This document shows positions 30,001 to 42,000 of a stretch of DNA of 64,000 nt, in pieces (position 1 is the first letter of the stretch; every line of letters begins with the position of its first letter). The DNA is from Cenarchaeum sp. GTDB taxonomy: Archaea > Thermoproteota > Nitrososphaeria > Nitrososphaerales > Nitrosopumilaceae. Both the position numbers and the translations under genes were made by a program. Location of the stretch: NCBI GenBank assembly GCA_963693095.2, contig OY843768.1:1280001-1344000 (forward strand), written 5' to 3'. The notes beneath the pieces were generated by a model, which was not told where the DNA came from, made no database searches, and worked only from the letters and a program-made list of their open reading frames with translations.

Positions 30001-33000
30001 GTACGTCGCCGGAGCCTCATAGTCGACGTCGGTCACGCCAAGGTTGCCCTCCGTAGCAGTCACGGTCCATTCGGTCGTCCCTGACGAGGAGACGTCAGTC
30101 ACGTCCTCGCCAAAGGTCACCGATATCGTCGTCGCGTCGGTGAACGAGGCCGACTCGATGGACGGGGAGACCTCGTCGGCGGCCACGACTGGGCTGGCGC
30201 CCGTGGAGGCCAGCACGGCGCTATCAGCGTCGGCGATTAGCGGGGTTGCAGCCGGCACCGTGTACGCCACGTCCGGCGTCGCGTCGTCGTCCTGCGCGTT
30301 GGCAGACGCGAGTGTGAGCGTGATCGTCTCGACTGCAGTCGTTATCGTGATCGCCGCGTCGTCGACCGTCGTGGACGTGCCGTCCGTGATGGACTCGGGC
30401 GCCTCGCCGGCGACGCTCCACTCCATGCGCGCCGTGCTGCCCTTTAGATCCTCCGAAAAGGTCACAGTCACTGACGTCGGCGTGTCAAGCGTCGCCGACG
30501 CCACTGTCGGCACCACGCCGAGCGTCGCGCCACCAGGCACCCCCGTGGTCAGGCGCAGGCGGACGTCGCCATGGTCCACTATCCCGCTCACGGCAAAGAC
30601 ATAGTCGCCCCTGGGCACCGACGCGTTCAGCGTGAAGCGCAGGCCTGTGCCTGCGGCATAGCCCGCGTCGACTGGGTCAAAGACGTCAGCGGCGTTATCG
30701 ACGCTGCCCGTGGCGATCGCATTGGCCGAGAGCTGCCGAATCCCCGGCACGAAGACATGCAGGCGCTCGCCTGTAGGCTGCATGGCGGGATCGTCAAAGA
30801 GAACCTCGACGGTTCGCGCGTCAACAAAGCGAGCCTCATCGGGATGCGGTCCGAGGCCGTCAGCGGCGCGGACGGGCTCATCGCCCGTCGAGAGCATGAC
30901 GTTGCCAGACGCGTCGGCCAGGCGCACCTGCCCGGCAACGAGCATAGTAGAGGCGTCGTACGCAAAGTCCGGCGTCGAGGCCGACGAGGCAACCCTGGGG
31001 TGGACGATGTCTATGCTGGCCAGAGCCGATGCGATGAATAGGCGCTGGGTGGGCGAGGCAATGCCTATGGCCTGCATCTTGGTGCCGTCCGCGCCCTCCT
31101 TGAACGACCAGTCAACTGCGCGTATCGTGCCGGTGACAGGCTCGCTAAAGGTGAACCGCGAGGCTTCCAGTGCCAGCGTCCGGACCGTGAACGTCGGCGG
31201 CGCCTTGTCAGAGACTGCCGTGGCCGTGGCCATCCCGCCGGCAGTGGCGACGAGGTCGTTGCCAGAGGCGTCTGTGATCGTGTTGGCCGCAGTCGGCGTG
31301 CCGGCCGCGGGGCGCGTATAGACCACGTTCGCCGGCGTGATCGCCACGAGTGGGCCGGTGCCATCAGGGTCGGCCAGTGCCGTGCCCACGCGCGAGGCTG
31401 ACAGCGTGAGGGTGATCTCCTCGACTGAGGACGGCGAGGACGGCGTTACTGTGCTGACTGTCAAGCCGGCGACTCTCCACTCATCAGGTGCTGTCACGCC
31501 GTTGACAGGCTCGCCAAAGTCGATCGTAACGGTGCTCGCAGACGTGAGCGTCGCGGTGAACGCCGGTCCGGCCGTGTCCACCAGCGGGAGCGTGGCCGCA
31601 ACGCCGCCGGCGGCGTACGGCAGGTATGCGGCGTTGGCCAGCAGCGACGTCGGCGTGATCGTGTGGGCTACGCCGCGCGTCGCATCACCGGCAAGCAGAA
31701 GCGTGACTGTGAGCGCATCTGCGTCATAGGTGACAGCGCCAGTCGAGGCCAGCGCGACGCCGACTGGGTCTCCGCCAGGCGTAGAGTTGGGCACCGTCAC
31801 GCCAAAGTTGCCTGCCACGACTGTCCTCTGCGCGAGCAGCTCGTTAAAGGTGAGCACGATGGTGCGATCGCCAGAGAATGCCGCGCGGAACGTCGGCGGC
31901 GTCGTGTCGTACGTCACGCCCACCGAATCCTCAAACTCGTTGCCGTTCACGTCCTCTATGGTGCCCCCGCCGATCGTCAGCGCATAGAGCGTCCCGTCAG
32001 CAGCAGTCGAGACGCCAGGCGACAGCGGGAGCGTTATCGTGCTGCCCGAGGAGCTCACCACGCCAGCTGTGGGAATCGGCGCCGTTAACACCATGCTTGT
32101 GAACGCAAACGTGAGCCCCGAGGGCAGCGTGGCGAGCGTCTCGGTAAAGGTCAACGTCATGCCGTTGCCGTCAGTCGCAAAGACTGCGCGATCCAGCCTT
32201 GGGTTGGCCTCGTCGGTCACTGCCGTGGACATGGCCCTCGAGCCGGCGGCAGCAAGGTCGTTGCCGGTGAGGTCCGTGATCGTGTTCGACGCAGTCGGCG
32301 TGCCGGCCGCCGGGCGCGTATAGACCACGCTCGCCGCGCTGAGCGCAGTCAGGCCGCTGGCGCCATCGGGGTCAGTCAGGTCTGTCGTCGCGCGCTCTTC
32401 GGCTAGCGTGAGGGTGATCTCCCTGACCGAGGAGGGCGAGGACGTCGAGGACGGCTCGACTGCGCTGACTGCCGAGCCGGCGACGATCCACTCTCCGGGC
32501 GCCGTCGTGCCGCGAACGTCCTCGTCAAACCTGATCGTCACGGTGCTCGCAGACGTGAGGGCCGCCGTGAACGTCGGCGCAGTCGTGTCTGGCGTGTAGT
32601 CCGTCTCCGACACGACGGCGACGAGCGCGTTGCCGGCAAGGTCGGTGATTGTTATCGGCAGCTGCACGGCCCACGACCCCTGACTGTTGGCCCCCACTGC
32701 CACGGTGAGCATCGTGCCGTCGGCCTCGGCGGCGGCGTCCGTGAATGCGCTGGACGGCGAGGCGACGCGCACGGTGAACGGGGCGTCTGGCGTCACGATC
32801 ACCTCGTTGAACGTGATCACCATCGAGGTGCCCCTAAAGAACGCCGGCGTCGCCGCATCAAGCGTCGGTGCGGTTCGGTCCACGGTGGGCAGCTCGACTG
32901 TGATGTCTCCGGTGTGGCCGTCCGCAGCCGTTATCTGTCCGTCGATGCCGGCGGCATCCTCGACATCTATGGTAAAGTCAAACGGCGAGGCCGCCGCCGT

Positions 33001-36000
33001 CTCGGGAGTCGTGGCCGACACGGCGAGGTCATAGTGCCACGTGCTCGCGTCGCTGCCGCCCGTGTTCACCATGGACTCGCCCGTGAGCCCGCCGACGTCG
33101 ATCTCTGGCGTGCCAGAGGCATCCTCGCCGAGCGTGAGCAGGAGGCGGATCGTGTCGCCGGCCGCAGCATGGAGCCTCGAGGCGCCGGACTTTAGCGTTA
33201 ACAGGTTCAGCGCGTCAGCGCCGCCCGTGTTGGTGTCATCGTACACCTCAAAGGATATCGCAGTAGCCCTCGGCGGCGCGTCATAGGTGCCCGTGGCGGC
33301 CGCGCCGGCGTACGCGTTGCCGGCCAGGTCAGTCAGCGTGGTCGGCAGCGCCACAGAGTACGCCCCCGACGCGCGTGTGGCATCGAGCACGGTGACGACC
33401 GCGCCGGCAGGCATGGTGTTCCTGTCCATCGCATCAGACGCGCCTGACGGCGGCGTGACTCGCAGCATGGCCGGAGAGACGACTGGCTCGCTGAACGTGA
33501 GGACGATCGAGTAGCCCGAGAAGGCAGTCGTCGTGAGCGTCGGCGCCGTGCGGTCTATGGTCGGCACGTCCGCCGTGCTGCCGCCGGCTAGCGCAGTCTC
33601 CTGCGTTATGGGCTCAGGGTTGCCCTCCACTGTGATCGAGAACGTGAACGGCGCAGTGGGCGAAGTCTCGACTGTCGTGGTGCCCACGATGATGTCGTGG
33701 TGCCACGTCGTGTCCAGCGCGTCGCCATTGTTGCCCATCGTCGTCGCCGTCGGCGTCCTGCCCGTGCCGGGCACCGTCACTGACGGCGCGGCGGTGACGC
33801 CCTTGTCGAGCGTGAGCACGAGGCGGATCGTGTTGTCTGCCATCGCGTGGAGCTCCGAGGCGCCGGACTTTATCGTGGACAGGTTCAGCGTGTCGGCCGT
33901 TCCGGAGCCGTCAGTGTCGGTGTCGCCGTACACCGCAAAGGATATCACAGTCGCCATCGGCGGCGTGCTGAACTCGGCGCCTCCCGGCACGGCCGTGTTG
34001 GTGGCCAAGGGGTTGCCCACGCCCACCACGTCTTTTATCCCGCTCACGGCCAGGGCGTACGTGCCCTCGGCCACATGGGCGTCCAGCGTGAAGCGCAGGC
34101 CGGTGTTCGGCCCATAGCCCTCGTCGGCTGGGTCAAAGAGGTCGGCGTCGTCATCGACGCTGCCCGTGGTGACCTTTGTGCCGGCCATGGTGGAGACCGT
34201 CAGGCGCTCGATGCCGCGGCCGGGATGCGCGACGGCCTCGTCAAAGAGGACCTCGACGGTGTCTGACGCCGTAAAGCGGCCCACCGCCGGAACCGGCGGC
34301 GCGCCGTCGGCGGCCGCGACTGGGCTGCCGACAGTGGAGCCCACGGGGTTGCCGGCCCTGTCGGCCAGGCGCTCCTGCTCCCCCACGAGCGTCGCCGAGT
34401 CGTCGTACAGGACGCCCGGCGTCGAGGCCGCCGACGGGAGGGCGTCGTGGTGGAGGATTATCCTGTCCGTCCCGGCCTGCGGGATCTCGACTGTGGCCGA
34501 CGGCCCGTCGGAGCCCACGGTCACGTCATTGACTGTGATGCTGCCCCCGTCCGAGAGCGACCAGTCGTCCGCGCGCGCCGTGCCCACGAGCCGCTCGGCG
34601 AAGCGGATATCCGTGTGTGTCAGGCTCTGCGTCTCGGCCGTGAACGCCGGAGGCGTGGTGTCCTCCACGGCAGACGAGGTCCCGTCGGCCAGCGCGTTGG
34701 CCGCCGGCGAGGTGTCGGCTATCGAGTTCGCCCTGGCGTCCTCGCCGTCCGGCACGTTTAGCGTGAGCGTGATCGTGGCGAGGTCGAACGAGGTGGAGTA
34801 GCCGCCCCTGCTATCTGGCGCCGTGATCGTGGCGGTCTGCGCGCCCAGGTTATAGGCGACATTCGAGGCGGCCAGCGTGGCGTCGGCCGTGTCGGCGGCG
34901 TTCCTCCCCGAGAACGTCCAGTCGGCGGCCGTCGGGAGCGTCTTGCCTGTGGCCTGCGAGACGGGCTCGGAGAAGGTCACCGTGTGGACGGCGGTGAACA
35001 AGCTGTCCGTGGAGTCAGTCAGCGGCCTCTCTACCGTAAACGTCGGCGGCGCGCCGTCAGTCACTGTCGAAGCCGTGGCCGTGCCGCCAGAGGCAGTCGC
35101 AAGGTGGAGCGTTGCAGAGTTTTGGATCGTGTTGGTGCCAGTGGGCGGGCGCGTATAGACCACGTTTGCCGTGGTGATCGCAGTCAGGCCGCCGGTGCCG
35201 TCGGGGTCCTCCAGGCCCGTGGAGGGGCGCTCGATGAGCTCGAGGACGATCTCTGTGTCGCCAAAGGGCGAGGACGGCGTGACCGTGCTGACCACAGAGC
35301 CGCCGACGCGCCACTCAGTCGCCGCCGTCGCGCCAACGACTGGATCGCTAAACGTGATCGTCATGGTGTCCGCAGACGTGAGCTCGGCATCAAACGTCGG
35401 CGCAGTCGTGTCCACCGCGTACGTGGCCATCACGGAGGCGGTGGCAAGCTCGTTGTCCGAGACGTCCGTTATGTCCGTGGAGAGCGCAACAGAATACTCG
35501 CCGGCAGTCGGCGCGGGGATCGGGACTGCCACCCTAGGTTCGCCGTCATTGTGGTTCACGGTCACGCCGCTAGTGGTGGACGTAGGCGTCGTGACCTGCA
35601 GGCTCGAGGGCATGTCGTTGACCGGCTCGCTGAACAAGATGGCTATCGCGTTGCCAAAGAAGACGGCCCTGGCCGTCGGCGCCACACTGTCGGTGACTGC
35701 AGTGGCAGTGGCCGTCCCGCCGGCGGTGGCGAGGTCGTTCCCAGAGCCGTCGGCGAGCGTGTTGGACGCAGTCGCCGAGTCGGCCGCAGGGCGCGCATAG
35801 GCCACGCTCGTCGTGCTGATCGCAGTCAGGGCGCCGGTGCCGTCGGGGTCCTCCAGGCCAGTGGAGGGGCGCGCCGCATCAAGCGTGAGGACGATCTCGT
35901 CGACTGAGGATGGCGAGGACGGCGTGACGGTGCGGACAGTCGAGCCGGCCACTGTCCACTCTTCAGGCGCCGTCGTGCCGCTGACATTCTCGTCAAACAT

Positions 36001-39000
36001 GATCGTCACGGTCTGCGCAGACGTGAGCGTCGCAGTGAACGTCGGCGCAGTCGTGTCTGGCGCGTACGTCGCAGTCACCCTGGCAGGCGAGGCAAACGCG
36101 TTGCCGGCAAGGTCGGCCAGGCCCGCCGGCAGCGTGACGGTGTGCTCGACCTCGTCCGCGTCGCCGGCCAGCGTGATGGTGATCGTGAGTGCCGTGGCGT
36201 CATAGTCGACTGGGTTTGTGGTTGCGAGCATGACTGTGTCGGGGAGGTTGTCGTCGTCATCTGGCGTGACCGTGCCGTCAGGCACCGTCACTCCGTACGT
36301 GTAGTCCTCTATGGTCGAGTCGGTGCCGGCGAGTGCCTCATCAAGCGTGATGACGAGCGTTCTGACTGCCGTAAAGTCCGCTTCGGCCGTGGGTGCCGTG
36401 AGGTCTATGGTCGGCAGGGTTTCGATGGTGCTGTCATCCTGCGTTATCGTCGCCATGTTGTTCGCCGCGTCGGCGGCCGTGATCGTGAACGCAAAGGCCG
36501 CCTCGGTTGAGGCCCCTGACACTGCCAGGTCGTAGCTCCACGTCGTGGCCAGCTCGTCGCCATTGTCGTCCATATCAGTCCCCCCTGCTGCCGTCCGACC
36601 GGTCACCACTATCGTCGGCGTGCCGGCTGCGTCCTCGTTGAGCGTCAGGACGAGGCGGATCGTGTCGCCGGCGCTGGCGTGCAGCGCGCTGTTGCCGGAC
36701 TTTAGCGTGTTCGTGTCCAGCGTGTCAGTGCCGTCGCCGTCCGTGTCGGTGTCGTCATACACCGTAAAGACGATCGTGCTCGCAGCCGGCGCCATCGTGT
36801 CTGACGATGTGCGCATCGCGCTCGCCGTGGCGCCTGCTGCGATCGTGTTGTCGCTATCGTCCTGTATGCCATCGGGCAGCTCGACTACATAGGGTGTGTT
36901 GGGGGCCGAGTTCGACGCCAGCGTCAGCGTGACTGTCGAGGTGACGTCCTGCTCGGCATAAACTGCCGTGCCTGTGAGGCCCACAGCCGAGCCGCCGGAG
37001 GTCATGGAGTACGACGAGGTCGCAGAGGGCACCGTGCCGTCCTTTAGGTGCTCGCGGAACGTGATGACAAACGTGTTGGGCGCGGTAAACGCCGAGGAGA
37101 GAACCTCGGGGTTGCGCACCTCGACGCGCACGCGATAGCCCCCGTCATCGATCAGGGCGCCTGTGGTTCCCAGGTCGACGTCAGTCGAGTCCTCAGTCAG
37201 GTCCGCGTGCGTGAACATTGACTCGTTGCCGACGGCGTCGCGCACGGTGAGCGTGAACGGGATGTTGCCCTCTGGCGAGGAGGCCGTGACGGCGTGCGAA
37301 TAGTTGTACACCGTCGATAGGCGCGCACTAGTGCCCGCACCTGAGGCAGTAGTCGACGAGGTCGTGTCGGGGAAGAACGTAATGTCAGCAGAGGCGGCAG
37401 AGGGAGTGTAGCCTCCTGATGCTCTAGTATTGCTGCCATCATGCGTTATGGCCGAGCCGCCGACATAAAGATCCTCGGTGGGCTTTATGAACACCCATGC
37501 AGTATGGCCTGCGCTGGCAGGATTCGAGCTGTAAACGGGAGGCTCTCCAGGGACAGCCCTGAGCATGAACAGCGAGCCGGTGTCGGCCAGCTCGGGTGCC
37601 GCCTCGTCAGTAAAGGTCGCGCTAGTCGCCGTCGCCGCCAGCGCGTTGGACGAGGCGTCAATTATCGACGAGCCGCCCGTGTGGGCGAGGGCTGCGCCGG
37701 TGGCGACTGCAGTCGAGGCTAGCCTGTTCGTGGTATCCCTCGTGAGCGTGACTGTGGTGCCCGAGACCGTGCCAGAGTCAAAGGTGATGCCGGTGCCGAT
37801 ATTCCACTCCGAGCCGGTGATCGTGCCAGTCACGGTCTCGGACATTGTCGCCGTCACCTGCGTCGAGGAGTCAAGCGTCGCCGAGAGTATCGTGGGGGCT
37901 ATCCTGTCAAGGGCCGTGATGTGGGGCGCGCTTGTCGACTCCAGGGCGACGTCGACTGCGCTGTAAAGCGAGTTGGCATTCGGGTTTATCGGCGGTGTGA
38001 ACGCATCTGTCGGCCGCGTGTACGTCACTGTCGGCGTCGCGTCGACGGCCTGCGCGTTGGCAGACGCGAGCGTGAGCGTGAGCGTCGTGCTCGCCGTCCC
38101 TATCGTGAGCGTCGAGCCAGCGTCTACTGGCGAGCCGCCTGCGGCCACCGAGGTCGGCACCGTGCCGGCGACTCTCCACTCGTTGGCATCAGTCGTGCCG
38201 TCGAGCGTCCCGGAGAACGTGACGGTGACTGTCGTCGGCGCGTCAAGCGTCGCGCCCGTTATCGTCGGCGGCGCATTGTACGTCGCCGTCGTCGACGCAG
38301 AGGCGACGATATTGTTGGCCGTCGGCGTGGCCCTGTCCTTGATCGCATTAGCCGCGTTGATCGTGTAAGTCAGGCCGGCCTGCGCGGCGTCGTCGAGCTC
38401 TATCGTGTATGTAGAGTCGGCCGTGCGCGAGGCTGACTCTAGGTCGAGGGATGTGACACCGCGTACCACCGACCAGCCGTCGTCTCCCTCAATGTCAGTC
38501 ACGTTAGTCACGTCCTCGCTGAACGTCACGGTGATCGTGTCAGCATCGACAAACAAGGCCGACTCGATGGACGGGGGTATCCCGTCGGCGGCTGCGATGC
38601 CGGCCGGCAGCGTCGAGAACAGCGGGAGATCGGCGGCGTTCTCTAGCGAGTTGGCGTCAGATCCCGTAGGCCTCGTGTACGTCACGATCGGCGTCGCGTC
38701 ATCCTCTTGCGCGTCATCGTCTTCCAGCGTGAGCGTGATCGAGCGCACCGCCGTGGTTATCGTGATCGAGCCGTCATCAATCGTCGTCTGCGAGCCGGCC
38801 ATGACGGACTCGGGCTCCTCATCGGCGACTCTCCACTCGCCGCGCGCAGTCTCGCCGTCTAGCGCATCTGTAAAGCCCACCGTGACTGACGTCGAGGAGG
38901 TGAGCCTGACAGAGGATATCGTGGGCGCCACGCTAACGGCAGCCAGCGTGCCATCGCTCACGGCATTGCCCTGCGTGTCGGCGATCGAGAGCTCCCTGGC

Positions 39001-42000
39001 CGTTGCAACGGCGTCAAACTCTATGCTGATGGGCGTGTCTGCCTTGAAATCGTCATACCCGTCATCGCCTGTCGCCCGCGGGCTCAGCGTGACTGTGTCA
39101 GTCGTGTCAAGGTCGATCGCATACCCCGCGCTCAGCGCAGGAACCCTGATGGTCGCATCCAAGCTGTTCAAGCCGACGAACTGCCAGTCCTCGTGTGTGG
39201 GCAGCGTCTTTGTTTCGACAAGCTCTGCCCCCTCGGTGAACGTTATCGTGTGCGCAAGGTCGGCTCCCGTGCCGGTCCGCACGGCGATATAGCCCGGAGG
39301 CGCCCCGTCAGTCGCAGTAGCAGTCGCCGCGCTCACGGTGCGGCCAGTCGCAGGCGAGAGGCCGCCCGCAGTGGCAGCATACGTAATGGTCGGCAGCGAG
39401 GCCGTAGAGATGGGCTCGTGGAGGAGCGTTATCTTGTCAGAGGTGATCTCCACGGCAGCCGCGCCGGCCGTGACCGCATCGACCTCACCGGCGGCGATTC
39501 CAGTGGCCGGACCGGCCGGCTCGCCATCAAGGCTGCCATCCACAATCCACTCGGACGGCGCACTAGAGCCGCTCACAGCAGAGCTGAACGTGATGACGGT
39601 GAGAGTCGAGGAGCTAGTCACGGCAGTTATCGTGGGCGTCGCCGGTATGCTAATCGTGCCGGCAGTCACGCGAGTCTCATCGGCGGTGACATTTACACTA
39701 GGTGCTGCGCCGTCGCGCGCGACAATGTCAAACTCTACTGTGCCTGACATGTCATCAACGCCGACGGTGTGCGTGTGCGTCCAGACGGTCCGGTGGGCCG
39801 AACCCGCGGCGGCGACCATGTCTACTGTGGAGCCAAAGATCGTTATCATGGGTTCTGTGGCCGCCGAGGCCGGCTCGGTTAGCGTCACCGTTATGACAAT
39901 GTCCTCGCCCACATTGGCCACGCGCGAAGACTGGCCCATCTTTGCAGTCTTTGGCGTGCTATCATTATCATCCTCATCGACAAAGACGCCGGCCGTGGCC
40001 GTTATGGTCAGATCAGTGGTGTCATCAAAGTCCGCAACCCCGACTGCGCTAGTCAGGACGCGCAGCGCGCCGGCACTCGATGAGAGGCCTGACGTGCGTG
40101 GCGTGCCGTCCGCGCCTAGATAGCGCACGACGGGCGTCGCGTCTGCCGGAAGGGCAGAGGCCGCCCCAAGGGTGATCGCAAGCGAGGCCCCGCCGGCTTC
40201 AAGCGTCGCGCCCGAGGGCACTATGTGGCTCGCCGTGTCACCAAGCCCGCCGGGGAACGTCGAGGGCGTGAGGTCGAGTATCCATTGACCGGGCGTGGTC
40301 GTGCCTGACATCGAGTCAGAGAATGTCACGGTTATGGCCGTAGGCGAGGTGAGCGTCGCGCCAAACGTCGGTATCGCGCCGGTCATCACGTCATAGTCGC
40401 CGCCAAGCAGCAGAACATTGTCAGACGGGTCAGGATCAGAGGCGACGTACGTTCTAACCGTGGAGGGTATCGTGATCGTCTGCGAGGACGGCGTGCTCGC
40501 ATCGGCCCGCAGCGCGACTGTGAGCGTCGAGCCGTCAGCGGCGGCCGCTATCACGTCGGCCCTGTACGACTCGCCGTCAGCAGTAACCACCGCAAGGTCG
40601 CCAAACGGCGGCGTAGTCGCCGGCCTGTTTGGCAGCGTTGTCGGGTCTGGGGTGCTGCCCGCAAAGGCGAGGCTCACCTCTGATGCCCCGCGGCCGGCGA
40701 CCTCGCCGACAGTCACCGTGACTGTCGGCGTGAGCGAGACCGAGCCCGGACCGGCCACGCCGTTGGCATCAGTAATGCCCGCAGTGGCCACGACATGTGA
40801 CACGCGCGCAGCCGCACTGGGCAACGTAATGAGAATCGTGTCTGGTGCGACAAACTCGGCCGCAATGTCCACAGAGGCTGCCGTGCCGATCGTGACGCCG
40901 AGTGCGGACGGAACCGTCTCCTCGGCGATAGCCTCGCTGTACTTTAGGCGCAGCGTGTCCTGTGAGGCCAGCGTGAGTGTCACAGTCGGCGCAGTCGTGT
41001 CACGGACTACTGGTGCCGTAATGTCAGCGGTGGTTCCGTTATCGTGCGCATCTACAATCGCGGGCATACTACCGCTCTGGGTGGCAAGGGTGATCGTGAA
41101 CAAGGTTCCCTCGGCGACACCACTGATGCCGGGAGACTGATAGTTTATGAACAGCGTGTCCGCAGGAACGGGATCGCCTGCAAAGGTGTCGCCGGGAATC
41201 GAGGTGCCTGAGGGAAGCGGAGGCGACGCGTCGGCGCTTGAGAGTCCTGGAGATAGGCGTGAGAGATGCACGGTGATAGGCTCGCTAAAGAGGAGTCGCA
41301 GGGCAAGGCCATTAGACTCAAACGTCGCGCGAACGAGCGTCGGATCCAGGCCGTCAGCGGCAGTGACGGGCTCATCACCCGTAACTTCGAGGTCGTTGTC
41401 GTTCACGTCGGCCAGGCTCGTTGCGGCATCAGTTATCTCGTATGCCACAGAAGGCCTCGAGGCAGTAGAGTCCAGCGTGTCGTGGACCAAAAAGAGCGTC
41501 CGCGCGCTCGTGAGAACCTGCGTTGCGGCGCCATCAGAGTCCACGGCAGTCGCGACGCCCGTGACGGTCACGCCGTCGACTGTCCAGTCAGCCACGCGGG
41601 CCGTGCCCGTGACAAGCTCGCTGAACGTGATCTCGGTGCGGTCGAGCCTCGCCGTCTCGGCAGTAAAGCTCGGCATCATGGTGTCAATCACCTCTGCAGA
41701 TGACGTGTCGGCCACGGGGTTGCCGGCGGTGTCGACGATAGAGTTGGCCCTGTCAGACTCGCCATCACTGGGCACGTCGAGCGTGAGCGTGATCGCCTTG
41801 GACTGGTCAAAGGCCGGATAACCGCTAGTCGCGTCATTGCTGGCCACGACGGCAAGCGTGCCGGCCGTGGCAAGCGCCGTGTTGACCGCCGACGTAGCCG
41901 AGACCGTAATGTCCGCATCAGCAGAGTCCTTGCCGGTGAACTTCCAGTCAGCTATCGTCGGCAGCGTCTTGCCGGTGGCCATCTCGACAGGCTCAGAAAA

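Noticed and set aside
21479-35061. Diversity-generating retroelement TR/VR pair
   Set aside because: No reverse transcriptase in the window. The repeats are too long, and the mismatches are not adenine-specific.
6000-36000. Repeats as a CRISPR array or transposon copies
   Set aside because: Units are hundreds of bp long, in frame and coding. There is no repeat-spacer periodicity, cas gene, terminal inverted repeat or transposase.
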